Part shown: in pieces, positions 30,912 to 40,787 of the stretch
Layout: every line of letters begins with the position of its first letter
Numbering within the stretch: position 1 is the stretch's first letter
NCBI GenBank assembly: GCA_050287085.1
Contig: JBNKBE010000006.1
Coordinates: 138,381-202,380, forward strand
Direction of reading: 5' to 3'
Source: Polyangiaceae bacterium
Lineage (GTDB): Bacteria; Myxococcota_A; Polyangia; Polyangiales; Polyangiaceae
DNA: 64,000 bases
Translations under genes and position numbers: made by a program
Notes under the pieces: model-generated
What the model was told of the DNA's origin: nothing
The model's input: the letters and a program-made list of their open reading frames with translations, nothing else
The model's database searches: none

Positions 30912-32552
30912 CTACTTTGACCAAGGATTGACGAGTTCCGCCGGCCGTCGAAACGCTCCTTGCTCGGTGGCACTGTTTTCTGCGGCAGGGTGGGCGCGGT
31001 TTCGGTTGCTCCCGGCTGCGGGTGCAGGGGTGTGGCGCGCCGTCTGCTTGGGCGTGAGCGCCAAGGCTCGCATCCCCTCCCCACTCGCGGCGCGCATTCT
31101 CTGGCTGACTGGCTGTACCACCGAAGAGCTGGGTATGACGCGGGGAGGCGGCAAAACTGCCGCTGCGCCGGAAGCAGCGGACGCCTCGCCCGACGGAGCA
31201 GGCTGCGCCCCGCCGCCCTGGGATTGCGAACCGCCGGCCCGCGCGTTGGGCAACGCGTCCCCTGAGGCCGACTGCTCCCGGGCAGGCACTTCTTCACTGG
31301 CGGCGTCTTCACTGGCGGCGTCGCCCAGGCCAAGGGGCTCACGCAGCGTGACCACAACCCCGCCGCCAAACGCCAGCCCGGCAAGAGCCACGACCAGCCA
31401 CGTGCGGCGGTATTCCACAAACAAGCTGCCGAAGGCACGCCGCGCCTGCCGCTCCGCAAGCATCCCCCGCAGCGCCTCTGCAACGTCCGCCATCGTGGCG
31501 TAACGCGCGGCGGGCTCCTTGGCCAGGCAGCGCAACACAATCGCGTCCAGTTCAACGAGTTCAGCGTCCGCCGCAGCCGACGAGGGTGACGGCGGCAACG
31601 CGCGAAAGTGTTGACTCAGGACTTGGAGGTGGTTGGTGCCCTCAAATGGCGGACGGCCCGTGGACATTTCGAACAGCAGGATGCCCAAAGAGTAGATATC
31701 ACTCGCTGCGGAAACTTCCGCCCCCATAGCCTGCTCAGGACTCATGTAGTGGGGCGTTCCGTGGACCAAACCACGCTGCGTCAATCGCGACTGCCCCGTG
31801 AGGTACGCGAGCCCGAAGTCCACGATCTTCACGGCATCGGCGTGTGTAGAAGGCAACAGCAGGATGTTTTCGGGTTTGAGATCGCGATGGACGACCCCGC
31901 GCAGATGGGCCGCGTGGAGCGCATCTGCCACCTGGAATGCAACTTGAAGCGCTCGAATCAATGGCAAGCGGCCGCGGCGCGTCAATTCTTCACGCAGCGA
32001 TTCAGCTGTGAGCAGCTCCATCACGAAGTAGGGGCGCCCGTCCCAGCGCCCGAAGTCCGTGATCTCGCAGACCGCCGGATGAGAAACGGCAGCCGCAGAC
32101 TGGGCCTCGCGCAAGAAGCGCGCCGCCAGGAGCGCATCCGACGCTAGTTCGGCGCGCAGCATCTTCAGCGCAAACTCGCGCCCCAACGTCGCGTGACGCA
32201 CCCGATAGACGATCCCCATTCCCCCTTCACCGAGGATAGCCCGCACTTCGTAGCGCTCATCGATGACAACGCCGATCAGGTCACGGACGCTGGCCGTCGC
32301 GACGTCGCTCCGTACCTCTACCTCACGCGGCGGCGTCACCCGACCGGCTCTCTGCAGCCCTGGCTGCGTCCCAGATCCGATGGCGGCCGCGCCCAGAGTC
32401 GAAGCCTCACGACACGGCTGTGTTGGGCGACTCGAGCTGTCGTCACCGCCAGCGGCGGGCAGCTGCGCACCCGGCAGCCGAGTTGTCCATTCTTCTTGCG
32501 ACACTGTGAAATTCGAAATCGTGGTAGAGGACCCTAACACGACCGGCCACAC
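30912..32552 (-). CDS. Hanks-type Ser/Thr protein kinase with TM segment (start uncertain)
   Basis: LGEGGMGIVY, FALKML, HRDLKPEN, DFG, GTPHYMSPEQ, SDIYSLG. Confidence 0.93.
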   Translation of the reverse strand: MWPVVLGSSTTISNFTVSQEEWTTRLPGAQLPAAGGDDSSSRPTQPCREASTLGAAAIGSGTQPGLQRAGRVTPPREVEVRSDVATASVRDLIGVVIDERYEVRAILGEGGMGIVYRVRHATLGREFALKMLRAELASDALLAARFLREAQSAAAVSHPAVCEITDFGRWDGRPYFVMELLTAESLREELTRRGRLPLIRALQVAFQVADALHAAHLRGVVHRDLKPENILLLPSTHADAVKIVDFGLAYLTGQSRLTQRGLVHGTPHYMSPEQAMGAEVSAASDIYSLGILLFEMSTGRPPFEGTNHLQVLSQHFRALPPSPSSAAADAELVELDAIVLRCLAKEPAARYATMADVAEALRGMLAERQARRAFGSLFVEYRRTWLVVALAGLAFGGGVVVTLREPLGLGDAASEDAASEEVPAREQSASGDALPNARAGGSQSQGGGAQPAPSGEASAASGAAAVLPPPRVIPSSSVVQPVSQRMRAASGEGMRALALTPKQTARHTPAPAAGSNRNRAHPAAENSATEQGAFRRPAELVNPWSK

Positions 32553-32622
32553 ACCGTCCCTCTCATCGCAAGTGACGGTGTCGCAAATAAGCTCGCCGGC
32601 ACGCTACGAGTTCGAAGGTCCA

Positions 32623-33741
32623 GTGAACCCTATTGATACACAACAGCTGTCTCCGCCGGCGCGAAAGCCGCTAGCCCCTTCGGCTCCAAAGGCGCTGCGC
32701 TTGATGGCCGCGCGCGGCATTCTGCCGGGCGCCAAGCCCGGTGATGCCCTGACGGTACTGGTCGTGCTCGCCGCCGACGACGACGATGATGTGGCGGCAG
32801 CCGCGCGCGCCACGTTGGACGACCTACCCCGCCCTTTGCTCACGGGTGCCCTCTCTAGCGATTTGCAGGCCTCCGTTATCCTGACTCTGGCCGAGCGCTA
32901 CAACCGAGACGCGGACGTCGTTCAACGACTGGTAGCCATGCCCCGCATCTCGGGACTCGCGCTCTGCCACTTGGCTGAGACGGCAAGCGAACAGACCGGC
33001 GAGGTGATAGCCGCCAACGAAACGCTGCTCCTGCAGCACTCGACGGCGATCGAAGCGCTGTATATGAACAAGCGAGTGCGCATGAGCACGGCCGATCGAC
33101 TGTTGGAGCTGGCGGTTCGCAACGGCCTGGAACTAGGCATTCCGGCCTTCCGACAGGCGGCTGCGGCGATCGTCGACGAATTGATAGCCGAGCCTTCCGA
33201 TGAGGAAACGTTCGACGATCTGCTGTTCAAGGAAGCCGAGGAGGTGGCTCGGGAGGTGGCCTTGAAGGACGATCCAGAAGACGATACCCACGAACGCAAC
33301 GAAGAAGGGGAAGAACAACTCCGCGCCCCCTTCCTGCCGCTCCACGCCAAGGTCGCACAGATGACCATCTCCCAGCGGATTCGGCGGGCCATCCTGGGGT
33401 CGGCGGCGGAACGGATGCTGCTGATTCGTGATACGAATCGACTGGTCGCGACCGCTGCCGCCACAAGCCCCCAACTTAACGAGAACGACGCGGCGCGGAT
33501 CGCCGCGTGCCGCAACGTCATCGACGACGTCCTGCGCATCATCGCCCAGAATCGCTCGTTCACAAGGAGCTATCAGGTGAAGCTGAATCTGGTCACCAAC
33601 CCCAGGACTCCATTCACCTTTTCGGCGCGCATGATCCCCCACCTGCGGGACAACGATCTCAGGTCTTTGGTCAAGAGCAAGAACATTCCAGCCGCTGTGC
33701 AGACGGCAGCCCGGCAGCAGCTATTGCGCAAGAATAAGTAG
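32623..33741 (+). CDS. Conserved hypothetical alpha-helical repeat protein
   Basis: Strong ORF with LMAARG.LP and M...QR.R.A..G...ERM.LIRD.NRLV...Y.VKLNLV.NPRTP motifs; GTG start after GAAGG. Confidence 0.75.
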   Translation: MNPIDTQQLSPPARKPLAPSAPKALRLMAARGILPGAKPGDALTVLVVLAADDDDDVAAAARATLDDLPRPLLTGALSSDLQASVILTLAERYNRDADVVQRLVAMPRISGLALCHLAETASEQTGEVIAANETLLLQHSTAIEALYMNKRVRMSTADRLLELAVRNGLELGIPAFRQAAAAIVDELIAEPSDEETFDDLLFKEAEEVAREVALKDDPEDDTHERNEEGEEQLRAPFLPLHAKVAQMTISQRIRRAILGSAAERMLLIRDTNRLVATAAATSPQLNENDAARIAACRNVIDDVLRIIAQNRSFTRSYQVKLNLVTNPRTPFTFSARMIPHLRDNDLRSLVKSKNIPAAVQTAARQQLLRKNK

Positions 33742-33898
33742 TAGGTCGACAGATCTCTGCTGCGGCCAAGCGTGAACTTCTACAGGTACGCGCGGTGAAA
33801 ATTCGCCCCCCTATGGGCTGCCTTGACTCGCCCTTGATTTGAGGATTGACTACGCTGACGTGCGTCCGCTGGCGCGCGTTCGGCCTGGAGACTCGTCA

Positions 33899-35464
33899 AT
33901 GCGCACCACACGTACTTCTTTGCTCTGTCCGTCTAGCCCTTCCCAACCGCTACAAGCTTGTTCGGCACGGCCCAACAACGAGCGCCTAGCGCTAGGCATC
34001 TGGGTTAACATGTTCCTACTGCTGACCAGCACGGGTTGCGGTCGTACGCTCGACATGGAGTGGGCAGATATTCACGGTCAAATCCCGGACGGCGGCATCG
34101 CCCCTTCATCCCAGACCGACATCCGGAAATTGTCAGAAGGTGAAATGCAAGGCGGCGCAGGTGACAGCAATGGCGGTACCGCGGGCACGCAGCCTTCAGG
34201 TGGTGCCACTGGAGGCGGGCTCGCAAACACAAGCGGTGGAAGCAGCCTAGTCGGGGGTGGCGGTTCCACAGGCCAAGTCACCACACCTGACTCCGGCGGG
34301 CAATCCAACGCCGGCGGGCAATCCAACGCCGGCGGGCAATCCAACGCCGGCGGTCGACCCGACAACGCAGGCGGGCAACCCAACGCTGGCGGGCAACCCA
34401 ACGCCGGCGGACAACCCAACGACGGCGGACAGGCGGGGGGCGCTGCCGGAAGCGATAGCGAGGGTCAGGGCGGCGCGGCTCCAGACGACGAATTGAAGTG
34501 CAATTCCGACCAGTATGCCGAAAGCTCGGGCTGCAACGTCTATGAGGAGTGCTCCGGTCCTGCGGGCTACACCTACGGATCCGTCGAGTGCTGGAACTCC
34601 GGGAGTGACGATTCCCTGGACTGCTATTGCGACAGTCGCAACTTCACTAACGACGGTACCACCCCCCCGCGCTTCTACTCGGTGCAGGTAGAGCTGATCG
34701 ACGTCGCGCCCGAAGAGGCGTGCGGAATGCTCTTTGACGCGTGCAGCCAGGGCCCGCTGCCCGAACCGGCCCCCAACGCGCCGGAAACGTGCACTCCCAG
34801 CTCCCAGAGGGCAGATACGAGCTATTGCAATCGCACGACCCGTTGCTCCAAAGAGGTGGACCTCGGAGGTGGCTTGGTTGGCCGCGTTTCTAACTACGAG
34901 ACCACAGCTTGTAATTCCGACTCGCCTGACGATACCGCTTGGTCCTGCACGTGCAGCGCGGCGCATAGCCGCGTGGCATTCGAACTGGAGGCCAGTGACG
35001 ACTCCTTTGACACATGCCCAGCGGCAGAGCGCTTGTGCCAGGGTGAACAGGTAGTTCCCGCCGGAGATCCGGTGTGCCGGCACCGAACGCAAGATGCGAA
35101 CGACGACTACTGCTACGCTCAAGTCGAGTGCCGCCAGCCAGCCCTGCTGGGTGAGCAGTCTGTAGAGGTCTTGGCCGCTCCGAGCGTATCGTGCAGGCAG
35201 GGTGAGGTCATAGCGGGCGATGCGACGACGCCGACTGACGGTGGTACGCAGTACGACGCTTCAACGTGGGGCTGCCGTTGTGGCGACGGCGTCACAGCGT
35301 TCAACATGGACGCCGGGGAGCCTTGGGACCTGTGCTCTGCCGCCGCGGAGCGCTGCGGTGAAAGCGCCATTGTCGACGGACTACTCCGCAGCGACCAGCA
35401 GAATTCTTACTACGGACCTTACGGCTACTACGACATGCCACTTCCGGCCCCCCCCACGCGCTAG
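33899..35464 (+). CDS. Cys-rich lipoprotein with Gly-rich linker
   Basis: Hydrophobic stretch ending TSTG-C; Gly-rich repeats; three Cys modules (LDCYC, WSCTC, WGCRC). Start uncertain. Confidence 0.7.
   Translation: MRTTRTSLLCPSSPSQPLQACSARPNNERLALGIWVNMFLLLTSTGCGRTLDMEWADIHGQIPDGGIAPSSQTDIRKLSEGEMQGGAGDSNGGTAGTQPSGGATGGGLANTSGGSSLVGGGGSTGQVTTPDSGGQSNAGGQSNAGGQSNAGGRPDNAGGQPNAGGQPNAGGQPNDGGQAGGAAGSDSEGQGGAAPDDELKCNSDQYAESSGCNVYEECSGPAGYTYGSVECWNSGSDDSLDCYCDSRNFTNDGTTPPRFYSVQVELIDVAPEEACGMLFDACSQGPLPEPAPNAPETCTPSSQRADTSYCNRTTRCSKEVDLGGGLVGRVSNYETTACNSDSPDDTAWSCTCSAAHSRVAFELEASDDSFDTCPAAERLCQGEQVVPAGDPVCRHRTQDANDDYCYAQVECRQPALLGEQSVEVLAAPSVSCRQGEVIAGDATTPTDGGTQYDASTWGCRCGDGVTAFNMDAGEPWDLCSAAAERCGESAIVDGLLRSDQQNSYYGPYGYYDMPLPAPPTR
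34293..34430 (+). repeat. 18-bp coding tandem repeat (GGQ(S/P)NA)n
   Basis: ccggcgggcaatccaacg three times exactly, then about four degenerate copies. Confidence 0.85.
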
Positions 35465-35469
35465 GGCCT

Positions 35470-35507
35470 GCCGGTCACTTCTGGCAGGTCCGCGAGAAGT
35501 GACCGGC
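35470..35507. terminator. 13-bp perfect stem hairpin between convergent genes
   Basis: GCCGGTCACTTCT-N12-AGAAGTGACCGGC, 5 nt after the stop at 35464; no U-tract. Confidence 0.5.
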
Positions 35508-35773
35508 TCAGCCCGCTCCGGCATCGTCCGAATCATGTGCCGCGTCAAACGCTCGATGTGTGCGACGAAACGTTCCAGGTCAGAGTCATTCCTACCTCCC
35601 TCGTGGCCGGCGACGCTCCGCGGCGCAACACTTGCTCCTGAAGCCGTCGCCCCTCGATCACAAACTTTGAAGTTGGGGCTCTGAAGGTAGAGCAGAGGAT
35701 CGAGTCGTCCAGCTATCGTGGCGTGCCCGGCGCAGCGACGGGCTCCTCCAACAAGCAAGCCACCCTTCGTCAG

Positions 35774-36616
35774 CTAGCGAGCCGTAACGAGCTGCGTCTT
35801 CTTCTTTTTCTGCTCTCGCGACCGGGCTTTGGCATCGCGCGTTTCCTGCTGCCGCTTCATCTTCTCGGGATCGACCAAGAAAGTGGAGATACGCTCGGAC
35901 TTCTCGAACTTCTTCTGATAGCGACGCGCTTCGTAGCGATTCTTGAAAGAGCCCACCCGAACGCGATGCCACAGGCCACGGTCGGGCACGTAGGCAGCCT
36001 GGTGGTAAGCGCGGTGTCCCCGCTTCCGGAGCTCCTGGGCAAAAGCTTCGGCGTCCTCCTTTGCCTGGAAACTCGCCACTTGGATTTCATACCCCCCCTC
36101 GCTGCCCTGTGGGGCCATCGGGACAGCGTCGTCAGACTCAGCAAGACGTTCAACGGTGAGCTGCGTCAGCTCGTCCTTGGGCTGTTCCGTAACCGGTGTC
36201 CGGCGCAGCAAGTCGCCTGCGGGTAGCACTTGGCGCGGCAATCCCGCGCCGTCCGCTTCGGCCGACGGCACGGGGGGCGCAACCAGCTCCGCTGAAGGCG
36301 CCAACAAGCGACCTCGAGCGTCCTTCACGGTCGCCAGAGCGGTCGTTGGAGAGTCACCGTCGCTCAACACGCTGGGAAAGGTAACCAAGTCCGAAGACAA
36401 CTCCGCCGGCCGCGCCTTCACCACCGGCTGCTCAGCAAGCAGCCGATCCAGGGCGTCCGAGTCCGCACGCTCCGGTGGGCGCTCTCGAGAAAACGTGGTC
36501 ATGGCAACAACGACCAGCCCTCCGCCCGCAATCGCGGCAAGGAGCAGAGTAGCGAAGGGCATGGAGCCCCCGCGTCCATCGCGCTCCTGAATCTGCTCGA
36601 GGTTCCTGAGGTTCAC
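35774..36616 (-). CDS. SPOR-domain membrane protein (FtsN/DedD-like architecture)
   Basis: N-terminal TM; C-terminal YEIQVASFQAKEDAE...WHRVRVGSF SPOR motif; GTG after GAAGG. Confidence 0.85.
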   Translation of the reverse strand: MNLRNLEQIQERDGRGGSMPFATLLLAAIAGGGLVVVAMTTFSRERPPERADSDALDRLLAEQPVVKARPAELSSDLVTFPSVLSDGDSPTTALATVKDARGRLLAPSAELVAPPVPSAEADGAGLPRQVLPAGDLLRRTPVTEQPKDELTQLTVERLAESDDAVPMAPQGSEGGYEIQVASFQAKEDAEAFAQELRKRGHRAYHQAAYVPDRGLWHRVRVGSFKNRYEARRYQKKFEKSERISTFLVDPEKMKRQQETRDAKARSREQKKKKTQLVTAR

Positions 36617-36888
36617 AGCTATTACCTTCGGGGCGCGCCCTCGGCGCGCAAAGAAATGACTACACGGGCGAGGGGGTCGACGACAACCGGGTCCTCGGCC
36701 TCTGGCGGATACCGCGTCGTGGCCGCGCGGGCCAAGATTTCGTCTACTCCTTGCCGTGCATTCGACGCCGCTGGGGCCACGCACTCGGGGCCCCAGGGCC
36801 AAAGTCGAGCACCTCTTGACGACCTGTCGATAGGCTTGACGCAAGCGGATGGATGGGCCAGCACCCCAGGGAGAGGAAGGAGGTCAGG

Positions 36889-39342
36889 ATGACCACACAA
36901 CCCAATGGCGCCCCGATGCAGTCGCCCACCGGGAGGTCGATACTGGCGCGCGTCGGCCAGCACCTGGCACAACATCTGCGCCTGTTCAGCCTGTGGCCGA
37001 GCGGGGCGCTGCTTGGAGTCATGCTGCTATGGCTACCACTGTCCATCTTCACGTGGTGTCCAGGGCACGCCCTGGCCGCTTCAACAACGCGTGGCCTGTT
37101 TCGCAGTCTCGACTTCTGGGCGGTCTGTATCGCGACGATGTCGCTCTGGGCCGCGGCGACGTGCTGGGCGTTTACCTGGAGTCTTCTGGTGGAGGGCGCC
37201 GCACACGTCTTTTCGCGGCCGGGGGAAGTCGCCCACATCGAGAAGTGGCCGCTGATGACACCGAACGCTCAGAGCAACATGAGCCTGCCCGTTTGGTCCT
37301 ATCGAGTCTTCTCGGTTCCTCTCAAGTTGGGGTATGTTGCGGCGACGCTGCTCGCCCTACCGGGAGTCGTAACCCTGGTAGCGGCTGCCTCCACCCCGGC
37401 CCGTTGCGGGGTAGCGGCAGTGCTGGGCACAATCATCGCCCTGACGGCGTCCCTGGTGGCCGGATACCTGACGAGACAAGGCCTGATCGCCAACGAGCCC
37501 TATCCATCAGCTTGGTATCCAATGGCTCGGTCTGTCAGCTGGCTGCACAGACCCAGCGTGTGGCTGCGACGACAGCTCGCACGAGCGCTCCCGGAAAGCA
37601 GTGCCGCCGTTGTTCTAAGTGGTCGCTTGCCCGGCGAAAAGCTCCTCCACCCCGACCACTTCGCGGCCGTCTGCGGCTCCGCCATCATTCTCTTCACGCT
37701 ACTGCTATTGGCTTACCTGGGTCACCCCAACACGGGTCGAGTACATGTCGCAAGCTGCGCCTTTCTATTCTTGATCGCCATGAGCGCGCTTTGGCTTCTC
37801 GGCGCGTTTCGCTTTCACCTCGCTCGCGTCAGCATATCGCCAGTGGTGGCGACACTCCTGCTGGGTTTGGTCAGCTACTGCGCGCGTGACAGCGAACACG
37901 AATACCCTTTGCTCAGCACTAGCACTGGGGCCCCAAGCGCCGCGACGCGCCTTGCCCCAGGCGATGTCCTCTCCTCCCATCGCTCCGACAACCTTGTTGT
38001 GCTCACGACTACCGGCGGCGGCATATGGGCTGCTAGCTGGACTACGCTAGCACTAGCGCGTTTGCTTGACGCCCGACCAACACTCGAGCAAGAGCTGCGC
38101 GTTCTCAGTGGCGTTTCGGGTGGAGCGGTGGGCTCGGCCTTCTACGTCGCCGAACGGCTTGAGCACCCCGGCACCAAGGCCAGCCGCGCCGCTCGCAACG
38201 CCTACATCAAGGCGACGCAATCAAGCATCGACGCGCTCAGCTATGGGCTTCTCTACCGAGATCTACGATTGATGTTGCCGGGCCTTGGACGCCCCCGGAG
38301 CGCTGCAAGTTCAGTAGCCGAAGATCGCGCCACGCTGCTCGAGGACAATTGGTGCAAGATCGCGGCGTGCAGCAGCGGAGTGATGACCCCCAGCGGCGAC
38401 GCGGTCGCCGCCGGAGAGTGTTCTCGAGTCGATGCTCTCCATTGCCCTCGCTATCCCCTTTCGTCTCTGGTGGCTCCCATCCGCGCCGGACACATCCCAC
38501 TGCCTATTCTCAATACCGCGGTGCTTGAGACCGGCCGGCGCTTGTTGGTGACGCCGCTTGCTTGGGGCACAGCTCCGCGCCCACCCCAGGCGTCGGGGAG
38601 CCCTCGCGTCGAGCCGACGCAACGCGATACCCGCGCTTGGACACTGGACGAGTACCTCTTTGACCAAGACGGCACGGCGGAGCTCTCGCTGTGGACCGCT
38701 GCGCGACTCGCCGCGACATTTCCATATGTATCACCCGCAGCGAGAGCGCCACGCGACCTCGGCGCAGCGTGCATCCCTGACGCTGCCCCGGACTCGTTGC
38801 CGAGCCGCGCATGCCGGGCGCTGCACCACGTGATCGACGGTGGCTACTACGACAACTATGGTGTCGCCTCTGCGCTTGATTGGTTGAGTACGGTGCTCGA
38901 CACCGAGCTCGAACGTCGACGTGGGCAACTCACGGGCGAAGAGCCGAGACTGAAGCGTGTCCTCATCGTTCAGCTGCGCTCTAGCCCCGATGCCGAACCC
39001 GGCACTCGAGGGGGCGCCGACGCGTACTCGACGGCGCTATTCGGCCCCCTTAGGGCGGTAGTCAAGATGGCTTTCGGCGCTGCCCGACAGCGCAACGACA
39101 TCCAACTAGACAGCTTCCTCAAGCGGTACCAAGCCGCCTTCGGCGGGACGCTACAGCTGGACACAGTGTTGTTTCAGCCCGCCACATCGGGAATCGATCC
39201 ACTCAACTGGCGACTGACCCCCCAAGACGTACGCGCCTTGGAAGCCGCTTGGCCGGAGGGACCACCACGGTCCTGGCCAAAGGCCATTCGAGACGAGTGG
39301 TACACGCTCGAACGATTTCTGGACGACGCCGCAAGTGAATGA
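36889..39342 (+). CDS. Multi-TM patatin-like phospholipase
   Basis: AGGAGG RBS; 7-8 hydrophobic segments, then TGGGIWA, SGVSGG (GxSxG), A.FPYVSP, IDGGYYDNYG. Confidence 0.8.
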   Translation: MTTQPNGAPMQSPTGRSILARVGQHLAQHLRLFSLWPSGALLGVMLLWLPLSIFTWCPGHALAASTTRGLFRSLDFWAVCIATMSLWAAATCWAFTWSLLVEGAAHVFSRPGEVAHIEKWPLMTPNAQSNMSLPVWSYRVFSVPLKLGYVAATLLALPGVVTLVAAASTPARCGVAAVLGTIIALTASLVAGYLTRQGLIANEPYPSAWYPMARSVSWLHRPSVWLRRQLARALPESSAAVVLSGRLPGEKLLHPDHFAAVCGSAIILFTLLLLAYLGHPNTGRVHVASCAFLFLIAMSALWLLGAFRFHLARVSISPVVATLLLGLVSYCARDSEHEYPLLSTSTGAPSAATRLAPGDVLSSHRSDNLVVLTTTGGGIWAASWTTLALARLLDARPTLEQELRVLSGVSGGAVGSAFYVAERLEHPGTKASRAARNAYIKATQSSIDALSYGLLYRDLRLMLPGLGRPRSAASSVAEDRATLLEDNWCKIAACSSGVMTPSGDAVAAGECSRVDALHCPRYPLSSLVAPIRAGHIPLPILNTAVLETGRRLLVTPLAWGTAPRPPQASGSPRVEPTQRDTRAWTLDEYLFDQDGTAELSLWTAARLAATFPYVSPAARAPRDLGAACIPDAAPDSLPSRACRALHHVIDGGYYDNYGVASALDWLSTVLDTELERRRGQLTGEEPRLKRVLIVQLRSSPDAEPGTRGGADAYSTALFGPLRAVVKMAFGAARQRNDIQLDSFLKRYQAAFGGTLQLDTVLFQPATSGIDPLNWRLTPQDVRALEAAWPEGPPRSWPKAIRDEWYTLERFLDDAASE

Positions 39343-39443
39343 AGCGCTTCCGGCCTGCGTATACAATGCGAAGCGGCTCTTCTAGGCTTAACAGATCCCG
39401 TCATGGACGCCGTTGGCAAAAGAGATGAGTGGCCTCGTTGGCA

Positions 39444-40787
39444 TCATGATCGGATGTCCAAGGCCCTCACGACCTGCACAGCCTTCCAATGAGTCTCTAA
39501 GATCTCCGCCTCAACATCGCTCGCCGCCACAATCCCCCCGCCCACGAAGTAGTGGCCACACCCCTCGCGCACCGTCAGCGTTCGAATAGCCATCGCAAGC
39601 GTCATCCCCCCGGCGTGCTGGATGAAGCCCAGCGCTCCGGTATACAGTCCGCGCCGATGCTCTTCGAGCTCTCGGATGAGCTCCATGGCACGGATTTTCG
39701 GCGCCCCCGTGATGCTCCCACTGGGTAGCATGACGCGCAGCAGTTCCGCTCGCCCCACCTCTGGACGGAGCTGCGCGGATACTCGCGCCTGGCGATGAAA
39801 GAGGGTTGGATGGGTATGGATATAGGCGGGCTCCGCATGCACCCGCCCCACCTCGCTGACGCGGCACAAGTCGCTGCGCTCGATGTCCACCACCATCGCA
39901 AGCTCCGCGGCCTCTTTTGGGCTCAGTTCAAGCTCGCGCTTCAACCGTGCGTCGACGCGCTTGTCAGCGGATCGCGGGCGAGTGCCCTTGATGGGCACGG
40001 TGAGAACCCGCCCCCCAGGCTCCAACTGCAAGAATAGCTCTGGAGACGTACTGACGACCCCCGCTGCCGACAGCGCAGCGCCATAGGGCGGTCGGGTCAG
40101 CTCGGTCATCGCTACCAACACGGAAAGCAGCGATTCCTTCACGGGAAACGTGAGACGCCGGGCCATGTTGACCTCATAGATGTCGCCTTCGTAGATGTGT
40201 GCGAGGGCGCGCTGAATGCGAGCTCGATGACGCTCGATATCGAGCTCAAGCTCGCCCGTTGCTCTCGCATGCCCGGCCGCTGCCACCTGACTGTCGCGCA
40301 GGGTTGGGCCGCGCAGCAACGGCCTGCCGCAGGACAACGCGCCCCCCTTGGCGGCGCCCGAGAGCAGCTTGGAGGCCAAACGTCGCACGGCCAGGCGATC
40401 ATCCCCCACGACACGAACGGTCTTGTCGACGACGCAGATCGCAGCATAACGCCACCACTCTGGGACCTCGTGATGTGGCGCGGGACGCGTTTCCGCTGTC
40501 GTATAACGTGGACGCTCCAGGCGCGAGCGTTCAGCTTCGTAGGGCAGCACCCCGATCCAGCGCGGCACCAACATCCGTGGGTCGGCTAGCGCACCAGCCA
40601 AGGGAAGCTCCGGCTCCGGATCCAACGCTGAGCGTCGCTCTATCGCGTCGCAGGCTACATAGCTGGGTCCGGAGCCGTCCGCTGTCCACAACACGACCGC
40701 GTCTGGTTCATGCCATAGCAGCGCGGCAATGCGCTCGGGCTCAGGGGCGAGCGCAAGTTCGGTCTCATACATCACGACCGGCTTCAC
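39444..40787 (-). CDS. Chorismate-binding enzyme (aminodeoxychorismate/anthranilate synthase component I family)
   Basis: GDIYEVN, STSPELF, PIKGTRPR, KE.AEL.MVVDIERSDL, PSGSITGAPK, RGLYTG, AIRT, GGGIV; GTGA overlap with the upstream gene. Confidence 0.9.
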   Translation of the reverse strand: MKPVVMYETELALAPEPERIAALLWHEPDAVVLWTADGSGPSYVACDAIERRSALDPEPELPLAGALADPRMLVPRWIGVLPYEAERSRLERPRYTTAETRPAPHHEVPEWWRYAAICVVDKTVRVVGDDRLAVRRLASKLLSGAAKGGALSCGRPLLRGPTLRDSQVAAAGHARATGELELDIERHRARIQRALAHIYEGDIYEVNMARRLTFPVKESLLSVLVAMTELTRPPYGAALSAAGVVSTSPELFLQLEPGGRVLTVPIKGTRPRSADKRVDARLKRELELSPKEAAELAMVVDIERSDLCRVSEVGRVHAEPAYIHTHPTLFHRQARVSAQLRPEVGRAELLRVMLPSGSITGAPKIRAMELIRELEEHRRGLYTGALGFIQHAGGMTLAMAIRTLTVREGCGHYFVGGGIVAASDVEAEILETHWKAVQVVRALDIRS

